Source: Octopus vulgaris
Taxonomy: Eukaryota
Length of the DNA stretch: 64,000 nt
Direction of reading: 5' to 3'
Assembly (NCBI GenBank): GCA_951406725.2
Contig: OX597814.1
Coordinates: 181,412,001-181,476,000 of the forward strand
Below, piece by piece: positions 13,145 through 25,369 of this stretch (position 1 is the first letter of the stretch; the number at the start of each line of letters is the position of its first letter). Both the position numbers and the translations under genes were made by a program. Under the pieces are notes generated by a model. That model saw only the letters and a list, made by a program, of their open reading frames with translations. It had not been told where the DNA came from and did no database searches.

Positions 13145-16100
13145 TTTTGTGCAGGGATTTACTTTCAAACAGTTTTAAAGTGATCAATATCAGCTTTTAA
13201 AACATTGTCTGAAAAGAAAATATATCCATTGTGCCATGTTTTAATTTGTTTCTTTATAGTTCTTCTTGCAGTAGCACATCCTCAGAAATAGATGATGAAA
13301 TCAGCCAAAAAATGATGGATTTAGTATTTGAATTGCTCTGTCAGGGAGAATTGACTCTTGCTAAGCTTCTTCGGCGGAAAATTGTCGAGAAACTTGAAGC
13401 AAGAAAACACATGGAAATCACTGCTAAGACTAATAATCTACCCTCACACAGTTTAACACTTCAGTAAGATTCTTCTTTGTTTTTTTGTTCCTATGTGGCT
13501 TCTATATAACAGAGAGCTTTGTGTTGAAATAGCTTAAATGTTGTTTGATAAGTGTTTGAATAAATTATAAATCAGCTGTTACTTATGTTGATCAGTTTCT
13601 CTATATATATATTTTACCAAATTTGAATAAGCTTTTGCTGATCCATCTTATTTTTAAGTTTGCTTACTTTGTAACTGACACTATTTTTTATGCAATTATA
13701 ACATATCATTAACACATAATACTGGTGAAACTTTTGTATTATTTTCAATGGGGAATCAAGGTTACAACTTACATATAAAAATGTGGAGACGAGCTGTCGT
13801 CTCTTGGTGGGCCAAGATTCTGTGGTGTTTTAATAGAGATGACTGCAGAAAGAGCTTTGCCAGAGTGCAGCTTATGATCCCTAATGTACTAAGTCAATGT
13901 ACTTAAAAATAATTACCTTCTGTACTTATATATCTGCAACAAAAAAATACAGAGGAGCTTTAATTAGAGATACACTACACAATATTTATTGGAATACTTT
14001 GGAATTAAAAAAAAAATAATAATTTTGGTTTTTATTTTTTTTTTATGAAAGGTATACCTACAATTTTATCACAACTGAAAAATGTAAACAATTATAAACA
14101 AATGTTTTTATCTCTCCATCTACAGAGAAATTAGGGTTGGTCTGACCACTTTTGTTTTTGTTTAGAGACTCATTAAATAAAATGTTCCAACTTCCTCTGT
14201 CCCTAGAGAGATTGGTAACTTATAGCTTTTTATACTGAATGCAAACCAGGACTCAGCTAAACTGACCAATCATTGGTGCATTAATTGATTAGTGATTCCA
14301 TTGATGTTTCCTTGGCCAAAGGAGTTGGTTACTTGTTCTATGGTGAATCTTTAAATAGAAATTAGGGCAATACCAATTTTTGTGCATATAGGGAGCTTAA
14401 ATATGTTAACTATGATAAATTGTCTAGAAGGCAGTCATGGTGAGATGACAGCAAAATTAGTTAGCAAAAGGCTGCCATATACACACACACACACAACTTT
14501 TTATTTATCTAATCACACACACACATTTTTCCATATCTCTAAGCACTCACATATATGAAAGGCCATGTAAGTTCAAATATGCACCCCCACGTATAAACAC
14601 AGAGTTCAAATCTATCTCTATATACACCCGATCAGTCTGAAAACTCTGAGATACTTATCAATTCAAGTTTAAATAAAATTAAAAGATTTTATCGTTGATT
14701 TAGGTTTTAGGTGGTGATGTGTATTCTTACTTATTTATTCCATAAAAGACTTTTAACCTTATTTATGAGTTATAACCTGTCTGTCTCTTTCAGTTTGGAG
14801 TATAAAAAAGGTAAATTTTCTCAATGTCACCCTAGATTTGAATAGCAACCTATATTTTCTTTTCCACAAACCTAATGTAAATCTTAACTACATAGATAAA
14901 AATTCTAACCACCCAAAATTTATTAGAAATTTTGTAAAGTATTTCTCTTAGAATGTCCAAATTATCTTCTAACAAAGAAATTCCTAATAATAATACCGAG
15001 TATTATAATGAGGCTCTGTTGAAAAGTGGTCATAATAAAATAAAATTTATTACTCCTACTGATAGAACTACTCTAAATATAGCATATATTCTAGATCTAA
15101 ACATATGAAATGTATCGATACACCACAGAACCTCTAATTCAACATTCCAAACATAAAGATATTGCAAATAAGTAGGGAAAAAATTATAATGGCAGTATAA
15201 ATACATCAAATATAATTACCTAGGATAAAAGTGTAACTATCAGCAAATCTAAGAATAAAATTAAAAACCCTGATATTAAAATAAATGAAATGGCTAACTA
15301 TACAGATGTGCAATAATATTTAATAAAACTACAAATGAAATTAGCAAAACTAAATCTCTTGAGAATGAATGCACCCTGAAGCATAGAGTTAAAAACTAAT
15401 AACATAAGACATACAAAAATTTTATTATAAGGCTGAATTCCAACAGCCACAACATACATAATATGAATGTTAAAAATTCTAACTTGAAATGTAGAGTAAG
15501 AAATAACTTAATCCATTCTGACATATCCCAAGTTGCATACTCTAGCAACACATCATCAAATAGAGCCACAAAGGGCAATCACAATATTCCTCCTCTGAAA
15601 ATAATTGCCATACATGAAAAAGGCAGAAAAAGTAAAACTAAAAAAGGGAGTGTGACTTGATTTAATGCATCCTGTGCAAAAAAAAAAATTAAGACAAATA
15701 TACCTAGTTTTCTTTGGTATATTAGGTAGGATTTTTTTCTCCAAACCACAAATACCACTGTACTTTTAATAAATACACAATTAAATTCTCTTATCTATAA
15801 CACCTGCTCTTGCTGATATTATCAAATACTCTAATGCATATAAAATGAATTAATATAAGGACAACACACAAAAAAATAACAAACTTTCAAACTTACCCTA
15901 CTAATGTAGTTGGTGAGATTCATAATCTAATGGGTGAGATTCATAATGCTGGAGGCGAAAATACAGAATCCAAAATATGCCTCCACAACGCTAGTACTAA
16001 CATCCCTTAACATGTCATCAAAATGATGGTAATGTAATAAATGAATATAATATAAAAGATGATAATTCTGTACACCTAGTGAACAAAATAAGGAAAGAAA

Positions 16101-17028
16101 TTAATACTAGTAACTATAATCCTAAAAATAGAAATAATAAGTTAATACATCTGAATCCCAACTCCTTACAATCTACCTATGTATATAGTAATGTCAGAAA
16201 ATCGAATAAGAAATTCAAAATAGAATGTGAATAGGAAGGTAATGTAGCTAATGGCAGTAGAATCCTTACAGTAGAAACAAATGGTGACCATGAAAATGCA
16301 TGCCATATAAACAGGAGTCAACTTTTTAAAATAATGTATTTAAATTATAACTGTAGAGCAACTTCCACTTGTCCCCTTAGAGTAGCCTCTTATTGTAATG
16401 TCACCTACAGATATGTCATTATTTCAATGGATACCCATTATAACATAGGGTCTATATTGAATCCCATTAAATGATATTATAACTTACATACTCAGCTATA
16501 GGAGTAAAATTTTATGTAATTCAATTAGACCAGTTAATTATTTATTTGATATTAACTCTTTGAATGGTAAGTATGAACTACCCTGAGATGTACATTAGAA
16601 ACAAGAAAGAGTGCAAACTATGCTCTGCTGAAGCATATAATAGGTGACAAAAAAATTACTTAGCCTTAAGAAAATGAATACTTTTTCTCTTGTAGATATA
16701 TAATTTTCAAGTCATTTAAAACTATAAAAACACTTCTACCCAGGTAAGATAATAAATAGTAATTTGCAAGGTAATACTCTACAATATATGAGATATGGAG
16801 ATATATCCAAATATATATATTGGATAATACCTCTTTATTCCCATTCTATAAAAAATTATACGTACACTTTTTAATCATTTATATTTTAATCATTTAATAC
16901 ACACTACTTCGTGGTACCTAAATCAATGACTACATCTTTTTATTTAAACTTGAATTGATAACTCTCAGAATTTACAGTTGGGTATCTTTATTTTTAAGTC
17001 AGATGTGTGTATATATGATCTTTGTGTA

Positions 17029-17077
<49 letters not shown>

Positions 17078-20000
17078 TCTTATATAAAATAGACCTGTGT
17101 GTATGTATTCACTTTTCACGCTACAATAGCTGCACAAATTGCTTCCATACTTGGGATACATGAATAATTTGACCTCGGATACATAATAGGGTCGTCAGTT
17201 TATTTTTTTATTAAAAATAAATAGTATTGTTTTATATATATGATTCACTTCTTTAAAAAAGATTTTCAATGTCAACTTTTGGTATTGACAGAGCAATGGC
17301 AAAATTTTCCGTTTTCATTTGCAAAATCTCTCACTCACTATTTTAATGTTTTAATTCACTATTTCCAAACTAGTACGATAAATTACTGAAAGAAATATTT
17401 ATTAAGTTCACAAATTTAAATATTCGGTACAACAGCTTTATTTATATGATTTTTTCCATTTCATGTTTATTTCATTCATTGTTTGCAATGTTCTCTCTCC
17501 CCTTCTCTCTCTCTCTCTCTCTCACACACACAAGTCACACACACACACACACACACGTGTTTTTGTAAGTACATTTATATGTGTGTGCGTTTGTGAGAGA
17601 GAGAAAGAGAGTGAGTCAGTCAAGGAGTGTGTTGTCATATATACGTACATAAATAAATACATATGCATACATCTTTTTTGTATGTATGTGTGCATATGTG
17701 TAAGAGAGACACAGAGAAAATGATGTGTACGTGTGTGTGTGTGTGTAGATAAATAAGAAAATGGGGGAAATGTATGTATTTACAGCTACGTTTCATTAAC
17801 TAATTTTGCTGCCCACACTTACTCTTACTGCCCTCTAAATTATTTATTATGGTTAACTTTGAAATGTCTTTGAACTATGACAGCTTAGACCTTCCTTTCT
17901 TCTTAGATATGGAGAGTACATTACTCCTTTTTTTTTCTTCTTTATTTCACTGAATTTTCTCTGTCAGCTCACACCTATGTTAGTACGAAGTACTGAATTG
18001 AACTATGAAATTCTTCTAAAGATCTGACATTTCAATCTTACTATATGGTCATTTACATAACAATTATCACAAACATACAAACAGTATTTGCTGGTTAAAC
18101 ACACGTAAGATTAAGTGATTCATGATGCTCTAATAAAAGTGCTTACACCAACTCTCCAGGTTTGTTGTTCTCAGATATACACTCTGTAAATTATTCAAAT
18201 GTATATAATACCAAACAAAAATTGAAGTACAAATAGCATTTAACACTTGATTGAAATTTGGATGTACGAGGATTTACATGGACTTCTAAATGTTGGTTAA
18301 CTGCTGTGCTGTCTCAATTGAGGTAGCACAACTTGATTACATATATGTATGTATATTTGTATCTATGTACACACATATACATATAAATCTCATAAATATA
18401 TAAAATTTCTCTTGCAAGGCTTCCTGATTTACTTCACTTTAAGTCACAAGATATAGCAGAACAAATGACTTTACTTGATGCTGGATTATTTCAGAAAATT
18501 GAGGTTAGTATCAGTTTCACTAAGTTCACTAGCATTTTGTTGATATGTCTGTATTTATTAGAACTGACTTTAGCAATGTTTATTTGATGACATAATAAAA
18601 ATAAATCTTCTGATAATAATTTTAGATCCCCGAGGTGTTGTTATGGGCAAAGGAACAATCAGAAGAACTAAGCCCAAACTTGACCTTGTTTACAGAACAT
18701 TTTAATAAAATGTCCTATTGGTAAGTTATTTGAAGCATGTGATTATTTCATTTACCTTATATTGAGAAAAATAACTGTTTCTGTGCTGGCATTAGTTATG
18801 CTACATTGTACTGATGAAGCATCAAACTCTCATCTGAAGTAGTGTTGAATCAGAATTTATAACCAGTGCCAATTTAGAAACAAACAATGTGGCCTAATCC
18901 TAGCATGACAAATAATACTGTTGCAAGAACCAGTGTAGAATCTGACATTAACGTCTGCCAATTGATATAGTATAAGAACCAGTGCTGATGTGATCAAGAA
19001 GATCAATGATCAACAGCATTCAAGCTGTGGCAATTTCATCTGTTTGTGTATAAAGAACTACATTGTCCAATGTGTTCCACCTTTTGTAAAACACTAAAGT
19101 GTTATTTTAGAGAGATTTGGTTGTCATTTACAACAGCTTGAGAAACTGCTAAGAGGCTCTCATATTGGTTTATGGTGTGGCATTATAGCAATTACTGCTG
19201 TGACATCTGACACTGGTGTGTAATCTCATCTTAGCCCAGATAGAGCAGACTGCTTGCATGTAAGTAGCTTGTCGAATGAATAGGTATGATCCACAGGTCT
19301 AAATGAGGAGCATATTGCACATTCTGAGAATCAGTGGTTAATTGTATGTAGTGTCGCGTTGAAACCTGGGCATACTGTGCTCTTTTCACTATTCAGTTTG
19401 TTTCTGTATGTCTCTAGATTCTAGTGTTATCCTGATGGAAAGAGGTAGAGAGAACTTGATCTGGATGTGACACTTGTTGTTACTTTGTATTTAATATTGG
19501 TTTTATGCAATACAAATGTTTAGGGCTAATGATGCTGCTGCTATTTTTGTGTATGTGTGTATGTATTTTATATTTGTCCAGACAGGGGAGATAGTGTTCT
19601 TAGAATACTGTTGTTGTATTGAACTACAGTGTTGCAGAGACATTTAATTGGCCATGTTATGGGATAGGTTTTAATGCTTTGAGAGTTAGTTTGGTACCCA
19701 GTATTTTGTCTTTTTTCTTGGTAGCAAGAGATGGGGTCAAAAGCCTTGCTGATGTAAATAGTAAATTAAATGATACATAGGTTTTTGTCAAAGCTTGTGT
19801 ATATTTTGTAGATGGTTTGTGAACGGTGTGATAGTTGAGTAATAGTGTTCCTAATAGTGGTGAGAGAAATGTATGAGTTAATTATATCAAAGCTGGGTCA
19901 TTACAAAATTTTAAAATTTATACCAAGTCTTTTAGTTAGAATGGCTTTATTGAAATTACATATAAACAAGACTCAATGTAATAAAAGAGGTAGTGATTTA

Positions 20001-23000
20001 TAACTCTCCATCAACTTCAGAATGCTGATAAGTTTATAGTTAACAGAGCCTAAGATGTTGCTCTTTTGAAGGCTATGATAGACTGTCATATTTCCAAAAG
20101 CTAGGTAGTTAAAGAATTTAGTCAGGATAGAAACTAATTCAAGATATCTTTTTACCTCTGAGATATACAATGATAAATCCAACATTTTGATATTCTCTAG
20201 GTGCCGAACAAAAATACTTATTCAGGAAGAGCCTAAAGACAGAGAAAAATATTTAATGAAATTTATAAAAATTATGCGAGTGAGTATTATTAATTATGTC
20301 TTTTTTTAATGTAAGATTTATGTAAGTGTCAGTACTGAAAAACCATTTTGGAAAACCAAATTGTCACTAGTATGAGTTCAGTTTCCACTTGGATCAGTTT
20401 AGCTGAATATACTTTTCCCTCTTATAATATATTAAAAAACGCTGTGTAACTATGTAATTCAGATACACAAACTTTCTGTATATTTTTATCATACATTATT
20501 TTCATATAATCATTTATATATATTAACATTTTCCTGTAATTTCCCATGTTGTCTTTGATTACAAGGGCATCATAATATCCCTTCTCACTCTAGTTGTTTT
20601 TTGCACAAACTTCAACTTTACTCATTTGTCATTGAAGAAATTATCTAGATTTTATGTGCAACTAAGTTAGATCACATTTTATTTGAATTATAAGCTATAA
20701 TTCATTATTCTTTTAAGATTTAATACTTAATACATCTACACTTGTTATGCTCTCCATTGGAATTCTTTAAAAATGTCCACTTTTTTATTTCAACAGCATC
20801 TGCGAAAAATGAGTAATTTTAACTCATATTTGGCTATTTTGTCTGCCCTGGATTCTGCCCCTATTAGAAGGCTGGAATGGCAGAAACAGAATATGGAAGT
20901 AAGTTGTTTTTCTTGTTGCATGAATTAAGAGACTAAACTACAGGTTCAGTATTATCATCATCATCATTGGTCTTATATTGGTTTGTTAACAAATTGGCAA
21001 TCATTAGAGCATCAGATAAAATACCTTGTGGTATTTATTTCAGTTCAAATCCCAGCAAGGTGAACTTCACCTTTCATCCATTCAATGTCGATATAAACAA
21101 AGTACCAATGTAGAGCAGGAGACTGGTGGAATCATTAGTGTGTCTAATAGAATATCTTGTGGTGCAGGGGGCTCTTTGCTTTCTGAGTTCAAATTCTGTT
21201 GTAGCTTACAAGGGTTGTAGACTTAATCTATCAGCTACGTCAGAATCCTTAATGAAGTCCACTACTGCAAACATTGGATTTGAAGATACCTTATTCTCTG
21301 CTTCCCAACCTCAGAAGCCCTGTAAAGAGTCATGAGCAGCACCCATTCTTCTGATTAAGTGATAAAAACAGTCCTTTTTCATCGCAGGCATAATGTGCCT
21401 AGATCTGGCATTTAAAAAAAACTGTTTTGGCTTCAGATGAAAAGGACACAGCCCTCTGATCTTCGCATGCAGGTCCTGCAAGTTTGTTGATAGAGTTTAT
21501 ATTCAGCTTGAACATGCCACTGGCACAGGTGGCAGAGGAGGCTGGAAACAGCTATGATCGGTTGGTGCTTTTTATGTGCCACCGGCACAGAAGCCAGGCA
21601 AGGCGGTGCTGGCATCGGCCACATTCAGATGGTGTTTTTTACATGCCTCTGGCATGGGTATCACATTTGATTTTTATTTTGATGTTGATGTACTTGGTTT
21701 TATAAGATTTGGATTTTGGAATCTGAGCATAAAGACGAGTAGTATGGGATAAATACGTCGTAATTAGAATTTTTGTTAGGATGTGTAAAGAGAGAAAGAA
21801 CCCTCAATATGTTGTATATACAGTTTATTGATGGACCTTTATTTCATTGTTTTCTCAGGCGTTGAAAGAATTCTGTCAATTAATAGACAGCTCTGCGTCA
21901 TTCCGGGCCTATCGCCAGGCTCTATCAGAGACAGAACCCCCTTGTATTCCATACTTGTGAGTATACAGTTTCCAATGACACTATTATTTACTATTGTTGT
22001 TTAATATTTGCTTCCACACTTATAATGATTTTGTGATTATATAGAGTAAGAGTTCAGCCTATAAGTTTAGTACTTTTTTTTTTTTATTCATAGAGCCATG
22101 TTATGTAAGTTTAGGATTTTCCTTTCTTAACTGTTTTTCTTTCTTTTTATTTCTTGATCTAATTTTTTGTTTGTCTTATTCAAATTTTTTGTTTTTTTGA
22201 TTTTACTTCATATTTCTAATTATAGATTACTTATACTGTCTAAGTGGCATACATGTAAAAATTAGTTCCTTTTTTTTTTATGTCACTAATATTTCAATAT
22301 TTAGAATCTACAATAAAAACAATTTGCTTATAGCATACAATGAAATTGTTAATTTATCTAATTTTATAATAATAAAAACAAAGATATTAAATATTTTAGT
22401 TCTTAGCAAATCCTGACTAAAAGATTATATTTAACCCTCTCTTTAGTTAGGTTCTCATGTATGCATACACTCATAAACTTGAGCAAAATGCAGGTTTTGA
22501 TTTTATCAATTTTCTTTTTACAGAGGATTAATTCTGCAAGATCTGACTTTCATTAATATTGGAAACCAAGACTTACTACAAGACGGTAGCATAAATTTTG
22601 CTAAAAGATGGCAACAATTCAATATTCTTGAGATCATGCGCAGGTTCAGAAAATGGTAAGTAAATTCAGGTTATGGTTTCAAAAGAGTTTTATCAATAAT
22701 CAGCTGAAATTCAAAGTTATCTCAGTGTGCTTTGATTCTGTTTGTTAGTGAAATAGATTTATATTTTAATATTTAAATTTTAATTGAATTATTTCCATTT
22801 CAGATATTAAGTCTGAACTCCATTTTCTCTCTATCTGTAACAAATTTCAATTGCAAAGATTTTATATTCATTTGTAAATCAACATCTAAGACTTATTAAC
22901 AATGGAAGTGTAAAGTAAGCTGAATGTAGGGAATAACTTAAGATTTTTGTGCATTAAATTTAAAGAAGAAACTTGTTAAAGTAGCATATCCTCGGGAATA

Positions 23001-24242
23001 GCTGTGTTGTTTAACCCCTTAGCATTTAAACCAGTCATATCTGACCCAAACATAGGTCTGGTCAGTGTTTGTGAGAGATGCAGCATTGAGGATGAATGAA
23101 GCCACCTTAACCCACCCTAGGTAAATGCTGTCTCAAACCAAAACAAACCAAACATTCTACCTGTTTTATTTTCAAACCAGCTAGATACAACCTCTCACAT
23201 CAATAATGTCATTCAAGAAATAACAATCACATTATTGAAAACTCAAAGCTGCAAGATAATTCATGATTAACTCATCAATAAATAAATATTACATTTGACA
23301 AAGCAATCTGAATGCTAAAGGGATTTAACATCTGCTTACTAACAGGAGGGACACTGTTGACAAAGATGAGAATTTAGCTGAAGTAGAATAAAATCATTTG
23401 TCTTGAATAGGGTTGTTAACATAAGGAGATAAAGAAAGAAATTCATTGTGAGCTATGCAAATTATTTTTTTAGCTCTGACAAATAATCTGTGGTGAAAAA
23501 AAAAAAAAAGACTATGCAATAGATGAAAGCAAGAATTTTAATTTTGAGTCTATATGATTTTGTTTCATATTGTTATTTAGCTGCAAATTAACTGAAACTG
23601 AACCTCTGGCACTTAGTCACACTGCTGTTATCCACTCATCAGTTGTTTCAGATTTATCATATATTTACCTCGTTTTGGTATACACTAAATATTCTGATAT
23701 GTAGTGGTTAATCAACATGCATATAGCAAGAATTTTAATTTTGAGTCTATGATTTTGTTTCATATTGTTATTTAGCTGCAAATCAACTGAAACTGAACCT
23801 CTGGCACTTAGTCAAATATGTAGTGGTTAATCAACTTGCATATAGCTTTATATATATACATACATATTCATCATTTGCCACCTTTCCAGCCATGACCATA
23901 CTGTCTTCTGTTCTGGCATACTATATTCAGATTCAATTAACTATTTCATTCATTAGTTTTAGGAACAGTGGATGGTTCAGTTCAACATCCATGTAGAGGA
24001 TCTCATATTCAATTTGTTCCTTATTTTTGTTGATGCATTAATCCTCCTTGCCTTTTCTTTTCGCATTATATATGTATTTTTTTTTTTCTTTCAGTAATTT
24101 TGATTTCAAGAAAAGCGAGAAAATCCTCGCTGTATTCGATGGTTTTGATGACTACAAATGTGAAGATGAACTTTGGCAAATATCTGAGAAAATCAAACCC
24201 CGAGGGGGTAAAAGAAAAGCAACAGAACCTGGTGAATCCTGA
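7662..24242 (+). CDS. RAPGEF1: Rap guanine nucleotide exchange factor 1 (C3G), 3' part: 9 coding exons covering the REM and CDC25-homology RasGEF domains; the 5' exons lie upstream of the window
   Basis: Exons 7662-7836, 13272-13463, 18419-18503, 18626-18720, 20201-20279, 20797-20898, 21859-21956, 22524-22655 and 24095-24242 join in frame (1106 nt) with GT-AG boundaries. The peptide carries C3G hallmarks: EAFLTTYRTFI, IPEVLLWAKEQSEELSPNLTLFTEHFNKMSYW, NFNSYLAILSALDSAPIRRLEWQK, EPPCIPYLGLILQDLTF, NFAKRWQQFNIL, LWQISEKIKPR. Confidence 0.96.
8207..8757 (-). mobile_element. Internally deleted mariner element with both TIRs
   Basis: ~30-bp TIRs (tacaaagtctgatcaaaaagtaacaggactg / cagtcttgatactttttgatcagacctcata) bounded by TA; transposase remnant VITGDKSWVYGHDPEIKAQSLKWKTP. 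Confidence 0.88.
8973..9628 (+). mobile_element. 5'-truncated RTE-clade LINE (ORF C-terminus, 3' UTR, GAT tail), decayed
   Basis: Translates to LREKLDIRSIRCGVQERQLCWYGHVLHMDEDSCVKKCHTLTVEGTCGRGR (RTE RLRWxGHVxRM motif), followed by the shared 3' module. Confidence 0.88.
12330..12495 (+). mobile_element. CORE-like SINE fragment
   Basis: atggctgtgtg...ttgggcaagtatcttctactgtagccccaggctgacc...gccttgtgagtgggtttggtag; related copies at ~38965/39575, 61410, 62130 (-) and 63140 (-). Confidence 0.65.
12517..13090. mobile_element. Two oppositely oriented copies of a LINE/SINE 3' module (12517-12650 on -, ~12900-13090 on +), with a SINE fragment and (AT)n between them
   Basis: ttaccttgcttg..aacag...agggttggcaacag.aagggcatcc and its reverse complement; gatgatg tails face outward. 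Confidence 0.65.
13091..13142. repeat. (ATT)n microsatellite
   Basis: About 17 ATT units. Confidence 0.95.
13272..13463 (+). CDS. RAPGEF1: C3G exon (REM C-terminus and linker): STSSEIDDEISQKMMDLVFELLCQGELTLAKLLRRKIVEK...
   Basis: Resembles vertebrate C3G MELVFRLVCNGELSLARVLRKNI (recalled). Donor CA|gtaaga. The start could also be 13260 or 13275. Confidence 0.9.
14790..16720 (+). mobile_element. Decayed Penelope-like retroelement (RT thumb, linker, GIY-YIG remnants)
   Basis: Frameshifted remnants KKVNFLNVTLDLNSNLY, HKPNVNLNYIDKNSNHPKFI, YYNEALLKSGHN, a WFNPP-like region, NCRATSTCPL, YIG and CKLCSAE. Confidence 0.75.
18419..18503 (+). CDS. RAPGEF1: C3G exon: LPDLLHFKSQDIAEQMTLLDAGLFQKIE
   Basis: Start of the CDC25 domain (IAEQMTLLD); acceptor cttgcaAG, donor GAG|gttagt. 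Confidence 0.93.
18626..18720 (+). CDS. RAPGEF1: C3G exon: IPEVLLWAKEQSEELSPNLTLFTEHFNKMSYW
   Basis: Acceptor tttAG, donor TG|gtaagt; highly conserved C3G peptide. Confidence 0.96.
20201..20279 (+). CDS. RAPGEF1: C3G exon: CRTKILIQEEPKDREKYLMKFIKIMR
   Basis: Acceptor ctctAG, donor CGA|gtgagt; KFIKIM motif. Confidence 0.95.
20797..20898 (+). CDS. RAPGEF1: C3G exon: HLRKMSNFNSYLAILSALDSAPIRRLEWQKQNME
   Basis: Acceptor caacAG, donor GAA|gtaagt; RasGEF NFNS...I.RL..W motif. Confidence 0.96.
20995..21200 (+). mobile_element. tRNA-derived SINE fragments (same family as 60603)
   Basis: gttcaaatccc...aacttcacctttcatccattcaatgtcgatataaacaaagtacca. Confidence 0.6.
21505..21705 (-). mobile_element. 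RTE 3' UTR fragment
   Basis: ggtgctttttatgtgccaccggcacagaagccag...gatgttgatgtacttg, matching 42500-42660. Confidence 0.75.
21859..21956 (+). CDS. RAPGEF1: C3G exon: ALKEFCQLIDSSASFRAYRQALSETEPPCIPYL
   Basis: Acceptor tctcAG, donor TT|gtgagt; PPCIPY motif. Confidence 0.96.
22524..22655 (+). CDS. RAPGEF1: C3G exon: GLILQDLTFINIGNQDLLQDGSINFAKRWQQFNILEIMRRFRK
   Basis: Acceptor ttacAG, donor TG|gtaagt; DLTF..GN and INF.K motifs. Confidence 0.96.
23011..23328. mobile_element. TTAA-flanked piggyBac-like MITE (second family)
   Basis: Inverted termini ttaaccccttagcattt ... gaatgctaaagggatttaa. Confidence 0.65.
23528..23846 (+). repeat. Local tandem duplication (A-X-B-A-B)
   Basis: A ~90-bp block at 23528-23619 recurs at 23725-23814; a ~30-bp block at 23697-23727 recurs at 23816-23846. 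Confidence 0.9.
24095..24242 (+). CDS. RAPGEF1: C3G terminal coding exon: NFDFKKSEKILAVFDGFDDYKCEDELWQISEKIKPRGGKRKATEPGES*
   Basis: Poly-T tract with ttcAG acceptor; ELWQISEKIKPR motif; TGA at 24240-24242. Confidence 0.95.
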
Positions 24243-24299
24243 AAAAAATAAGGGACAGCGGGGAAATTTTCTCCAGAGGAGCCACTACAGTAGACATAG

Positions 24300-24397
24300 C
24301 TCTGACTGCTGCTATGACAATTGCTGCTGCCACTGCTGCTGCTACTGTTGTTGTCCCCACCCTACTGCCTGCTGCCACCACTGCTGCTACTGCTGTA
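24300..24397 (+). repeat. Cryptic (CTG/CCA/CTA)n trinucleotide tract in the proximal C3G 3' UTR
   Basis: ttgctgctgccactgctgctgctactgttgttg...ctgctgccaccactgctgctactgctg. Confidence 0.85.
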
Positions 24398-24674
24398 ATC
24401 AGTCAAAATTCTGCCTAATGAGTAACAGGAACTGGAATATGGTTAATGTGAAATATAACAGGAATGAAAAAAGTTTAATAACAATGATAATACTGATAAA
24501 AAACAACACAGGTGTGTTAAAAAAAAATATGTGTTCTATGAGTACTACCAGGTTTATGATGAACTCTACAGGAATATGATGAAAAAACAAATCCCTATAC
24601 AACCTATAAGATTGCAGCTGACTCTATTAGTTGCAGATTTCTGAGGAGAAAAAATTCTCTAGTATAGTAGAGAA

Positions 24675-24679
24675 ATATA

Positions 24680-24733
<54 letters not shown>

Positions 24734-25069
24734 TACACAATATATTTACACATACACATGTATCTAATATGTATACACACATTCATATATGCACACATAC
24801 ATTCACACACATATATAAAAATATGTATAATTTATATGTAAGTATAAATATAAATTATATACTATATATAACACATATATATGTGTTTGTGTGTATGCAT
24901 ATTGTGTGTGTATAAATATATACAGATATATATATAATTAATATATTTATATACATATATGTATTTGTTGATTTGTTTTTCCATGTTAGTGGAAGTTATA
25001 TATATATATATATATATACATACACACACATATATATATGCAAGTATGTATGTATGCATGTGTGTGCGT

Positions 25070-25122
<53 letters not shown>

Positions 25123-25145
25123 TGTATTTATAATCACATATATAT

Positions 25146-25178
<33 letters not shown>

Positions 25179-25318
25179 GCTTATATACTTGTATATAATT
25201 TATAATATATGTATATAATTTATATTAATATAAAATTTTATGCATACTTACGTACATATGCAGTATGCATATATATATATATATATATACACACACATAC
25301 ATCTATATATATAAATAT

Positions 25319-25369
<51 letters not shown>

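Noticed and set aside
19200-19950. Decayed LINE RT on the minus strand (ISKAFDPI remnant)
   Set aside because: Only one short motif is recognisable, which is too little to annotate.
24240-24251. Stop-codon readthrough of C3G
   Set aside because: TGA is followed by AAA AAA TAA, so readthrough would add almost nothing.
24100-24579. 159-aa Cys-rich, metallothionein-like ORF overlapping the last C3G exon in another frame
   Set aside because: The Cys runs come from the CTG tract. The nearest phase-compatible alternative acceptor (exon start 24111) would create TG+A, a stop.
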